DNA of 64,000 nt from Lentisphaeria bacterium. Its GTDB lineage: Bacteria; Verrucomicrobiota; Lentisphaeria; JABSQK01; JAWLHB01. The stretch is from assembly GCA_041690595.1 (NCBI GenBank), contig JAWLHB010000023.1, positions 1 through 64,000 on the forward strand. The letters run 5' to 3'. Below are positions 29,404 through 38,467 of the stretch, piece after piece. A program made the position numbers and the translations under genes. The notes beneath the pieces were generated by a model that saw only the letters and a program-made list of their open reading frames with translations, had not been told where the DNA came from and ran no database searches. Within the stretch, counting starts at the first letter, position 1. Each line of letters opens with the position of its first letter.

Positions 29404-30374
29404 CTACGAGGATGAAGGAACTGCCCTCGCAAGGCGGAAGCCCAAGTTGCTGCTGCGGTAGCTCAGCTTGTCCCTGAAGCGAAACGCCGACCGGCAGTAC
29501 CTGGCGCTGAAGCTCCAGCTGCCGCCGCGGAGGACGCGGTAGTAACCCGACGGGGGGCCGGCTGGGTTCGTCACCGAGCCCGACGGATAATCAGCATACC
29601 AATCCGAGCACCATTCCCAGACGTTACCATGCATGTCGTAAAGCCATACGCGTTCGCCGTAAATTTTCCTACGGACATCATCGAATCCACAGGAAGACGT
29701 GAACGTCGGAACGTCGAGACATTCTTGCCCTCACTACTACCCTTATCATTCTCCGCATTGCACATGCCCAGCTCAAATGGATCGCCCCATTGGTAAGCCG
29801 TCTTCGTCCCGGCGCGGCAAGCGTACTCCCACTCCGCCTCCGTCAACAACCGATACGTGCCCCCAGGCACCTCCTCAAGCTGACACAGCTTCTCCAGAAA
29901 TGCCTGGACGTCATCCCAATTCACCCGCTCCACCGGGGCGTTCTTACCGATATTCTTGAAACGACGCGGATTGCCACCCATCACCGCCGCCCACTGACCT
30001 CGCGTCACCTCGTACTTGCCAACGTAGTAGGACTTGCTCAGCGTCACCCGGTGCTGGCGCTCGTCGTCATCCCGGCCTGACTCATTCTCAGGGCTGCCCA
30101 TTGTGAAACTACCCGCAGGTATCAAGCGAAAGGCGATTCCAGTCTTCGCCGTCTTTACCTCCAGCGGAACACCCGACTCACCCACTGCCTTGCGCTGCGA
30201 CGCCTGCGCTTCCGCGCTGCCAGCGGCCAAAACATCTAATGACGCATCGGCGGCGGTGGTAACCGCCTGCAGGTCGGGCGCCGACGCCTGCAGGTCGGGC
30301 GCCGACCTGTGAAGGCAATTGCTCAATAGCACGATAGCTGCCAAGGCGAGGGCGGACATGACGATAGTTTTCAC
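29404..30374 (-). pseudogene. FGE-sulfatase (SUMF1) domain lipoprotein, frameshifted
   Basis: FTMGS...YEVT...RLLTEAEWEYACRAG..NAYG in one frame and [10 protein letters not shown]...RGGSW...GFRL in another; one base missing near 29640-29644. Confidence 0.85.
30264..30305. repeat. Perfect 2 x 21-bp tandem repeat (SAPDLQA twice)
   Basis: cgcctgcaggtcgggcgccga occurs twice in tandem. Confidence 0.9.
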
Positions 30375-30669
30375 GTAAGTATTTTCCTTATCAATTGCCG
30401 CCGCTTCGGCAGCTTGGGGCAGTCGGAATGCACAGAACGGTGAGCTAACCTACCCAGCTCATTCAGCCGCGTACTTCACCACATCTCTTATTGCGGTTAG
30501 CGATATCATTTGGCGTCAGATAGCCTTTGTTCGGGGTATCCTCTGGGATTGTCGGGGACGCATCCATGAGCGCACGACTAGATCTTGTCTGTCAATCCAG
30601 CGGCCGACTCCCGTCGTGCAAGTGCTTTGGGGTATTGGCAACACTGATAGTAATCTGGAGCAGGGGGTG

Positions 30670-31458
30670 TCATGCGCTTTGCGTCGCGTGCACTGCTACT
30701 CCGTCGATTGCCTTCATCCTTTCGATCCTCTCCCCTTGCGCAGAGAGGCTCTTGCACGCCCGCTTATAGAACCCGCGCAGGCTTGGCTTGATGCCTGCAA
30801 GCACATCAGCTTTGGACACGCCCATCAGTGCGGAGAAGATTGCCAGCGCATGCACAACCTCCCGTTCGGAGAGATAACCGATACGACGCGTCTGCCATCC
30901 GATTGAGAACTGAGAAAACGTACATACAGAGTTGGCAGCGAATATGCCGAAGCCGAGGAAAACGCTCGTCAAATCGGTGGCAAACTCCATGTCATCCCAT
31001 CCTCCAGGTGGCTCTTCGGGAAACGCCGCCGTAAAATAGTGCGCCAGTTCATGTGCGAATATCGCGATGAGTGACATGGGATTGGCGAGTAAGTGGGGGC
31101 TGTAGGTAATCTTCACCCCTGCCTCTTGGGCTGAAAAGGTGCCGCCAGGCGAGGAAGGCACATCCTCGATCAGAATGCTCGGCGACAGAACCGGGTCCAC
31201 ATCTTCGTCCTGCGCCTCCAGCGTACAGGGCCAGTCGCTCATCCCGGCGTATTCCTTTACCTGGGCGAACAAGGCCTCCGCCAGTGCGTGTCCACCAAGC
31301 CCGCGCTGGGGAAAAAACTGGTTCGTCGGCAGAACCAGCGAGCCCTTGGCAAACACCTTGAAGCCGCCAGTGTTCCGAAGAAGCCACTCGAAGCACTCGA
31401 ACTGCCAATTCGCATTTTCTGGCTCGATCAAGGGCGCACTTCCGAACAATCCAAACAT
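30670..31458 (-). CDS. Hypothetical zincin-like metalloprotein
   Basis: FAHELAHY (HExxH) with downstream E in DMEFATD; AAGGAG RBS. Confidence 0.75.
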   Translation of the reverse strand: MFGLFGSAPLIEPENANWQFECFEWLLRNTGGFKVFAKGSLVLPTNQFFPQRGLGGHALAEALFAQVKEYAGMSDWPCTLEAQDEDVDPVLSPSILIEDVPSSPGGTFSAQEAGVKITYSPHLLANPMSLIAIFAHELAHYFTAAFPEEPPGGWDDMEFATDLTSVFLGFGIFAANSVCTFSQFSIGWQTRRIGYLSEREVVHALAIFSALMGVSKADVLAGIKPSLRGFYKRACKSLSAQGERIERMKAIDGVAVHATQSA

Positions 31459-31670
31459 GGACCGATCTCTCCTTCACGCATGGGCTCCTGAACTCCCGCC
31501 ACCCTGGATAGCATACCCAGTCATGGGACCGATATAGATGACCTTTAAGGGATCAAACTAGCATCTAAACTCAATATCGTAGATTTAATCTCCTTTTCAA
31601 GATGAACCATAAAAATCCAGCTCTATTATGAACGCATAGAATTGGCATCCTGATGACTCGCATGGGACAC

Positions 31671-31694
31671 GGGGATGCGGGGATGCGGGGATGC
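31671..31694. repeat. 3 x 8-bp tandem repeat GGGGATGC
   Basis: Read directly from the sequence. Confidence 0.85.
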
Positions 31695-31732
31695 GCGGAC
31701 GAGGGGCAAGCGCCTTCACGGGCCCTGGCCGT

Positions 31733-33175
31733 CTACGTCCATGTTCCGGTAATCTCCTGGAACTCATTGATGGGGGTATAGGTCCCGGGATAATCCTCGC
31801 CGTGGTGACTTCTGCGGCAGGATGCAATGAAATCACCCAACTCTTTTCTCATGTTGCGGGCACGGAGCGGCTCTCGATCGATAATGTTGGTTGTTTCGGC
31901 TATGTCCGCGTCGAGATCGAATAGCATGTCCTCCGCGCCGTCCTCAGACAGATTGGTCAAGAATTTGAATCGCCCGTCTATCATGGCCAGGGTTGGCGCA
32001 CCGAACATCGCCGCTTCAGAATCGAGAAACCGATAGGGAATGGGCCGAGGGCGCTCCTGGCAGCGTCCTTCGATCAAGGGAATAAGACTGATACCGTCAA
32101 TCGGTCGAGTATCGGGCATGGTATATTCCAAGAGGTCCAGGACGGTTGGAAAGTAATCCAGCGTACTGCAGGGCATGTCGTATTCCGCACCCGCGGCAAC
32201 TCTTGCTGGCCACTTCAAGAGCGCTGGGACACCAATGCCGCCATTGAAGAGGCTGCGCTTCCGACCGCGCAGGCCACCGGTAACCCCTCGGCTACGACCG
32301 TTCCGGATGAGGTCTTCGCCTCCTTCGGGACCGTTGTCCGAGCAGAACCAGACCATGGTATTCTCTTCCAGTCCCAACTCACGCAGTGTGGCATTCAGGC
32401 GCCCGACCTGTTCATCCATGGCGGTGACACAGCCGTAGTAGTGCTGCTCGTCCTCACTGCATGAGGAATACATGGCCCGATACCGAGGGCCGGCGACGAC
32501 GGGTGTGTGCGGCGCATGAAACCAGATCACGGCGAGGAAAGGCCGATCCTTCACGGCACAGTCCTGGATGAACGGAATTGCACGGTCCATGATGACGCGC
32601 GAATCGTCATTGTCCAGATTGTCGCTGACACTACGACCATCCTGTTCCCAATAGTGGGTACCGAACGGTACTCCGGGCTTGCCCCACAGATAGTTTCCCT
32701 GCCTCATTTCATCCGGCGTGACCATGGGGTCCCATGTCGGCACCTTCGCTTCCGTTGAAAAGCAGACGTCAAAGCCGTGCAGCCATGGTGGAGAAAACTC
32801 TTCTGGATGTCCCGGGCCGCCTCGGTTGCCGTCTCGCATGGTTGTTGTCATGGTCCCGAGATGCCATTTCCCGAAGTGGCCCGTGCGATAGCCAGACTCC
32901 CTGCATAGCCTTGCCAGGGAGATCTCTTCAACCGGCAAGCGTCCCGCGTTGGCATGGGTTACGCCGTAGCGGGAGTAATGCCGACCGGTCAGACACGTTC
33001 CGCGAGTAGGCGAACAGACTGGCCCGCCCGCGAAGAAACGTGTGAAACGGCCACCCTCAGCGCGCAGCGTATCCAGGCACGGCGTTTGGATGATGGTGTT
33101 GCCATTGAAGCCTGTGTCGCCGAACCCGAGGTCGTCGCACATCACAAGTACGAGATTTGGTTTGCTTTGTTTCAC
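31733..33175 (-). CDS. Cys-type sulfatase (arylsulfatase A-like)
   Basis: DDLGFGD, CSPTRGTCLTG, GKWHLG, APHTP, SDNG, RGRKRSL; no signal peptide. Confidence 0.95.
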   Translation of the reverse strand: MKQSKPNLVLVMCDDLGFGDTGFNGNTIIQTPCLDTLRAEGGRFTRFFAGGPVCSPTRGTCLTGRHYSRYGVTHANAGRLPVEEISLARLCRESGYRTGHFGKWHLGTMTTTMRDGNRGGPGHPEEFSPPWLHGFDVCFSTEAKVPTWDPMVTPDEMRQGNYLWGKPGVPFGTHYWEQDGRSVSDNLDNDDSRVIMDRAIPFIQDCAVKDRPFLAVIWFHAPHTPVVAGPRYRAMYSSCSEDEQHYYGCVTAMDEQVGRLNATLRELGLEENTMVWFCSDNGPEGGEDLIRNGRSRGVTGGLRGRKRSLFNGGIGVPALLKWPARVAAGAEYDMPCSTLDYFPTVLDLLEYTMPDTRPIDGISLIPLIEGRCQERPRPIPYRFLDSEAAMFGAPTLAMIDGRFKFLTNLSEDGAEDMLFDLDADIAETTNIIDREPLRARNMRKELGDFIASCRRSHHGEDYPGTYTPINEFQEITGTWT

Positions 33176-33547
33176 GTGTCGGTTGCCGAATAAGAGATTG
33201 GGTAGACGTGTTCTTCAGCCGACCCTGCGGACGGCTGGGGACTTTCCCCCCGAGGGCCAGCGTGAGTAGGAAGATGGAGGACAGAGATTCGGATATCAAG
33301 CCTGAAATCGCGATTGCGGCCTGATCTTTCGCGCTGCGCTCCGAAGCACACGACAACCACTGGTTCGACGGGATCGTCGCTTCGCCGCGCCCAAACGCGA
33401 GCGGATCAAGCTGTCGGAACTGCGGCGTTCGCGCAGGTGACAATCATGCACCCCAGCATCACTCTATACGTAAATGTTTTTCTTGAAAAGCATCAGCATG
33501 TAACTATATTTTCCGATTCATAAACATTTTGGAGGCACCAGCACGAC

Positions 33548-35074
33548 ATGACAAGCGCCGATCAACAGTCCATTCGATTCGCTGGCTATGGCGAACTGGC
33601 CAAACGATACGCGCTTGAGGTAATACCCAACTGGCACACCTCTTCCGTGGCCACCTCTGGTACACATCGAGCCGAGAGGACGGGGGCAAGCGTCACAGAC
33701 ATCTATCCCGCATCTTACTGGCCTGGCGATTCCGTTGGCGATCACTTGGAGTTTGCGCTGAAGTACGACGGCGTCAACCTGGGGATTCTGGCGGCGGTGT
33801 TTTCCGTTGCCGATCCAGCGGACATTGTCTCCTATGTCAAGTCGAAGCCGCTCGGCAAGTACGCTCGTCGAATCTGGTTTCTGTACGAATTCCTCACGGG
33901 AAATCTGCTGCCGCTTCCAGATCTGAGCAGGGGAAACTATGTCGATCTCCTCGACCCGGACCAGTACTATGCCCTGACGCCCGCCGTCAAGGTACGCCGT
34001 CAACGCGTGAACAACAACCTTCTCGGGAATCGCCGCTTCTGCCCCATGGTTCGACGGACGGAGGCGCTGCGGGCATTCGAGACTATGAACCTGTCGGAGC
34101 GCTGCCGGGAAGTCATGGCTCGCTATTCGCCGGAGATGCTCCGGCGGGCGATGAGCTATCTCTATACGAAGGAGACCAAGTCGTCGTTCGAGATCGAGCA
34201 CATCAAGCCGACCTCTTCCCGAACGGAGCGCTTCATCGCGCTCCTGCAGTTGGCGGAGCAGGAGGACTTCTGCACGAAAGAAAGGCTTGTCGACTTGCAG
34301 AACCGGACCGTGGACCCACGATTCCGTGACCAAGACTACCGGACAAGTCAGAACTACGTGGGCGAATCCGTTACCTGGCAACAGGAACGGGTGCATTACG
34401 CCTGCCCAACGCCCGAAACCGTGCCGCAGTTGATGGCCGGTCTGGTCGACGCCCACAAGGCCATGGACGGCGGAGGTGTTTCGCCGGTGGTCCATGCGGC
34501 AGCGGTAGCTTACGGGTTCGTCTTCATTCACCCGTTCGAAGACGGCAACGGCCGAATCCACCGCTTCCTGATCCACAACATCCTGGCTCGTCGCGGATTC
34601 AGCCCGGCTGGCATTGTCCTCCCCGTGTCAGCCGCGATGCTCAAAGACCCAGTCGCGTACGATGCGTCGCTGGAGGCGTTCTCGAGGCCTTTGATGACAC
34701 TTGTCGAGTACCGCCTGGACGATCAGGGCCGGATGACGGTGACCAATGATGCCCGCAAGTGGTACACCTACATGGACATGACGCCGCAGGTCGAGGCTCT
34801 CTTCCGTTTTGCCGAGCGAACCGTCGGCACGGAGTTGGTCGAAGAGCTGACCTTTATCGAGAACTACGACCGAACCAAGTCGGCGATCCAGGAAATCGTG
34901 GATCTGCCGGACCAGAAGATCGACCTGTTCATCCGTTTCTGCTTGCAGAACAACGGACGGATCTCGCCACGGAAGCGGTCTTCCCACTTCGACATGCTCA
35001 CCGACGACGAAGTCAGGCGGATGGAGAACGCGGTCCAATTCGGCTACGTTACTCCGACCGATGTCGCTCACTGA
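33548..35074 (+). CDS. Fic family protein (AMPylase motif)
   Basis: HPFEDGNGRIHR catalytic motif; SSFEIE resembles the Fic inhibitory helix. Confidence 0.93.
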   Translation: MTSADQQSIRFAGYGELAKRYALEVIPNWHTSSVATSGTHRAERTGASVTDIYPASYWPGDSVGDHLEFALKYDGVNLGILAAVFSVADPADIVSYVKSKPLGKYARRIWFLYEFLTGNLLPLPDLSRGNYVDLLDPDQYYALTPAVKVRRQRVNNNLLGNRRFCPMVRRTEALRAFETMNLSERCREVMARYSPEMLRRAMSYLYTKETKSSFEIEHIKPTSSRTERFIALLQLAEQEDFCTKERLVDLQNRTVDPRFRDQDYRTSQNYVGESVTWQQERVHYACPTPETVPQLMAGLVDAHKAMDGGGVSPVVHAAAVAYGFVFIHPFEDGNGRIHRFLIHNILARRGFSPAGIVLPVSAAMLKDPVAYDASLEAFSRPLMTLVEYRLDDQGRMTVTNDARKWYTYMDMTPQVEALFRFAERTVGTELVEELTFIENYDRTKSAIQEIVDLPDQKIDLFIRFCLQNNGRISPRKRSSHFDMLTDDEVRRMENAVQFGYVTPTDVAH

Positions 35075-35448
35075 GTACCGAGCTCAATCTCCGCTCTGAG
35101 CCAATCCCCACCGTGTCGCGCGTAAGCGTTTTACGCGCTCGCGTTGCCACCGCAAACGTTTTTATACCGCCGTAACGATTCTCACGAAATAGCAGCCGCA
35201 TTTCATCAGGAACGCATGGAATTGCACCCTGATCGCCCGCGTCTACCGGCGAATGAGCGCCAACGATTCGGAAGTGCGCCGGGATGGCTCAGTCCAGAGG
35301 CGCAGCAGCCATTTCAGTTTTACAGCTTCTTTGTCGTAACGTCTGTCTTAGAACCGGACGACACTGAAAGGCCAACATCACGCTGAACAAACGTCATACC
35401 ACCGCCCATCAGCGCGGGCATTTGCATGAAAGATAAGGGGAAAACACA

Positions 35449-35946
35449 ATGTCGAAACCATTTTACTTCGCTGACATCGAAGACGGCTTAACCAAACTCG
35501 TGGTACCTGATAACGTGCTTGAGTTACTCGAGAACGAGCTTCTACCCAGGCTGGAACCCATAGAACCGGAAGCGTACTGGAAGAAATACGCACTGGGCAT
35601 GCTCCAACACGCACCGAAAGGGTACATCCTCTATGATGATTCTGTTATTTGGGTTCAGGATGATGGAGATTTACGTGTCGTCGAGTTCAGGGCAAAAGGC
35701 ATCAGGGCATTTGCCATAAAGTCCCCTATTCACAGCGAAAATAATGACGCAGATGATTCCTACTACGATCTCGTATACATGCCATGGGATTGGTTGCTCG
35801 AAGAAGATGGAAAGGGCGAGATGTGCTCAAAGAGCGAACGCAAGAGCATAAGGAATGCTATTGGATGGACAAATGAACTGCATGAGAAGCTTGAAAAGCT
35901 GCTACCCATGTCAGAAACCAGGATGCCACGGAATAGAGAAGGATGA
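35449..35946 (+). CDS. Hypothetical protein (lower GC)
   Basis: 165-aa acidic ORF with AAGGGG RBS. Confidence 0.7.
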   Translation: MSKPFYFADIEDGLTKLVVPDNVLELLENELLPRLEPIEPEAYWKKYALGMLQHAPKGYILYDDSVIWVQDDGDLRVVEFRAKGIRAFAIKSPIHSENNDADDSYYDLVYMPWDWLLEEDGKGEMCSKSERKSIRNAIGWTNELHEKLEKLLPMSETRMPRNREG

Positions 35947-36023
35947 TCTTAGTTGAACAATAAGTATGCTTTATCAAACCTGAAATCGCTGGCGACTGCC
36001 GATCCATCGTTGCGCGGACTGTG

Positions 36024-36053
36024 GGCCTGACCGTGGCCTGACCGTGGCCTGAC
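36024..36053. repeat. 11-bp tandem repeat GGCCTGACCGT (about 2.7 copies)
   Basis: Read directly from the sequence. Confidence 0.8.
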
Positions 36054-36102
36054 TCCCCATTGTGTGGACAGTAGGCATGACCCGCTGGCTCCTCAAACGC
36101 TG

Positions 36103-36912
36103 TCAATGGCTATCCGCCAGGCCAGCTTTCAGCGCGTCGACCACCCCGCGCGCAAACGTTTCCGTGAGGGCCCTCTCGCAGCGGCGCAATGCCAGCGCGA
36201 GCCGCTGGACAAATGCCTCCTCATTCAGCCACATCAGCACCGTCGGCGCCACGACCTCGTTATCCAGCACTTTTACATCTCGGCCCAGCATGCGGATGGC
36301 TGCAAGCCGGTAGTCGAAAGGCAACATAGCCAGCAGGTCAGCGTCCTCGCCGCTGTACAGGCGCTCCTCGTCGACCAAGTCCAGATAGTGTACCATTACG
36401 AACCACGCATCTTCGATGTCCTTGCCACGTGAGGGTGCATCCCGCCACGCCGCCAGCTTCGCGGCTACCAGCCCGGCCGCCGATGGAACCCGCACGGGTA
36501 CCCCCGCCAGCTCTCGCGCCAGCGCTGAGTGCTCGATCGCCGGGTAGAAGGAGACCCGCATCGATGTATCGTTGTCCGGCCATTGCAGGTAGCCCTCCGC
36601 ATCCGCCACTCCGCCGTAAGGCAAGATATCGACCTCTACTTCGGCTTCCACATGGACAAGCCGGTGCACATTGCCGCGCTGTTCGCGGAAGCCTTGCTTC
36701 GCCAGTAAGGCTGTGCGCAAACGATCGAACGCTGACCAGCTCTCCACCTGCACGGCCAGGTCGAGGTCAAGCGATGCCCGCAGTCGTGCATGCGGCAGAT
36801 GCGGCGCGATGAGCAGATCCCGCGCGGTCGCGCCCACCAGCATCCAGCGCAGCCCCTGCGCATCGGCCGCCGCGGCCAGCAGCGGCAGCACCTGCTCCAG
36901 CGCCGGCCTCAT
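36103..36912 (-). CDS. AbiEii/AbiGii-like nucleotidyltransferase toxin (type IV TA)
   Basis: LVGATARD...RASLDLDL Pol-beta NTase motif; KLAAW...KDIED; ATGA overlap with the upstream gene. Confidence 0.85.
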   Translation of the reverse strand: MRPALEQVLPLLAAAADAQGLRWMLVGATARDLLIAPHLPHARLRASLDLDLAVQVESWSAFDRLRTALLAKQGFREQRGNVHRLVHVEAEVEVDILPYGGVADAEGYLQWPDNDTSMRVSFYPAIEHSALARELAGVPVRVPSAAGLVAAKLAAWRDAPSRGKDIEDAWFVMVHYLDLVDEERLYSGEDADLLAMLPFDYRLAAIRMLGRDVKVLDNEVVAPTVLMWLNEEAFVQRLALALRRCERALTETFARGVVDALKAGLADSH

Positions 36913-37859
36913 GGTTCCTCCAGATGGCGCAGAAAGCGTGCACGCAGGGGCTCCGCCAGCTCGACGGTGCGCGAGCTGCCGCTCGTCACCAGATCTGCGT
37001 AGATGACCACATATGGCGCCAAGGGTGCGCTGTCGTGCCACGGCCAGAACGCATCGATCAACTCCACCTCGCCGTCCGCCGCCGGCTGCAAGCGCCAACG
37101 CGCCACCAGTTCCGGCACCGGAGCGGAGCGGTAGACCGTCCATCGGCCAGGCGTGAAGCCGCCCAGCAACTTCGCCGCGGCCACCTCGCCACCCCAGCAG
37201 GCGCGCTCGTCGGGTAAAGCATCCTCATCGATGGCCAGGCCGGCGCGGTACCGCTCCCGCGGCGCCCGGTCGCGCAGCGCCTCCCGGTACCGCTCGCACC
37301 ACGTCCGCAGCAGCGCCTCCCGCCGTACCAGCTGCTTGTCGCCATCGGTCAGCAGATGCCCCGCCTGCGCCAGCTCCTCCATGGCGTGGCTCACGCTGCC
37401 CAGACTGATGCCGGCTCTCGCCGCCAGCTCACGATAGGTCCGTCTTATGGCCAGCGGATCGTCCAGCAGCACCAGCAGCAGACGCATGCCTGCACCTTGG
37501 AAAAGCCGAGATGGACTTGGCCGTCCCAGTCGCTCGGGCGGATTTCGCCCCTCGATGCAGATCAGGCAACCCGGCGTGTTCAGCCAGGCATTACCGGCAC
37601 TGTCTACAAAAGGAATCTTCAGTTCCCGAAGCATCCGACAGAGCCCTGGGGTTGCATGCTCCGTCACCACCAGTGGCTCCCGCACGTCGGCCAACTGCTT
37701 CGGCAGCAGCCCCGCCGTCGCCGTTGTCAGGTGTGGCTTCACGACCGGCGTCAGGAGGGCCCCAGTGGGCACCAGCCGGACCCGCTCCCCCGCCACCTCC
37801 AGCAGTCCCGATTCCACCGCCGCCACTGCCCGCAATACTGTTGTCACATCAGCTTTCAT
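36909..37859 (-). CDS. AbiEi-like antitoxin (wHTH, type IV TA)
   Basis: FVDSAGNAWL, TYRELAARAGISLGSVS HTH, WGGEVAA, VIYADL...R..ELA. Confidence 0.85.
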   Translation of the reverse strand: MKADVTTVLRAVAAVESGLLEVAGERVRLVPTGALLTPVVKPHLTTATAGLLPKQLADVREPLVVTEHATPGLCRMLRELKIPFVDSAGNAWLNTPGCLICIEGRNPPERLGRPSPSRLFQGAGMRLLLVLLDDPLAIRRTYRELAARAGISLGSVSHAMEELAQAGHLLTDGDKQLVRREALLRTWCERYREALRDRAPRERYRAGLAIDEDALPDERACWGGEVAAAKLLGGFTPGRWTVYRSAPVPELVARWRLQPAADGEVELIDAFWPWHDSAPLAPYVVIYADLVTSGSSRTVELAEPLRARFLRHLEEP

Positions 37860-37873
37860 CAGCCACGCCTCAC

Positions 37874-37924
37874 GTTCAATAAATCTGGATGTTCAACGAT
37901 AATGAACATACTCGAATCCTGAAC
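37874..37924. promoter_or_regulatory. Symmetric operator upstream of abiEi-like gene
   Basis: GTTCA-N10-ATGTTCA-N7-TGAACAT-N10-TGAAC. Confidence 0.75.
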
Positions 37925-37997
37925 AGAAGGCAAGTGGAATGGTTCACGTTGATGGGTGATCAGCCTTCCTGAGGCATCAACCTCTCGAGATCGCTGC

Positions 37998-38411
37998 TCA
38001 GAGGTATAGCTTCGTGTCCTTCTTCAACTCGCGAAAGATCTCATGATCAGAAAGGTTGCGATAGAAGAAGAGGTCGCTGACGCCGGGCTTTGAGTATCGT
38101 TTCTTCAGAGCCTCAAGAATGCTCTCCAATCGACCTTCGCTCGGATACCTTCCTTCGAGGACCTCCCGGATCAAGGTGAGCGTGGCTTCGTCATCGAGTT
38201 CCTGCCAATTCTCGATATCAGCCTCGATCAGCACGCTCACATAGTCGTCAAGGCTCATGGCACTCCAATATCCCAGCAACTGATCGCGCCCCACGGAGCG
38301 ACCAGTCATTTCCGTGAGCCGGCCGGCGGCTTCCTCATAGGAAATCCGCTTGTTCTCGAAATCCAAGATGACCTCTTTTACCTCATTCCTAATCCTGTCC
38401 TGCATGACCAT
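37998..38411 (-). CDS. Bacteriocin (colicin/pyocin)-immunity-like protein, orphan
   Basis: C-terminal PGVSDLFFY...LSDHEIF resembles the Im7/Im9-type P.GSDLIYY...SPEEIV motif. Confidence 0.6.
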   Translation of the reverse strand: MVMQDRIRNEVKEVILDFENKRISYEEAAGRLTEMTGRSVGRDQLLGYWSAMSLDDYVSVLIEADIENWQELDDEATLTLIREVLEGRYPSEGRLESILEALKKRYSKPGVSDLFFYRNLSDHEIFRELKKDTKLYL

Positions 38412-38467
38412 TGCCTATTCTATGTCTTAAATCTGCCGCGGGTCATCCCCCTGCCCTGCTGTCGACT

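Noticed and set aside
29167..29415. 82-aa ORF
   Set aside because: Overlaps tRNA-Val; spurious.
35118..35138. Hairpin GCGCGTAA-N5-TTACGCGC after Fic (similar hairpin at 12473-12496)
   Set aside because: Real inverted repeats, but with no U-tract or other support for a function.
35395..35412. Possible attR copy of the tRNA 3' end (ccaccgcccatca)
   Set aside because: Match to tatcgcccacca is too short and imperfect.
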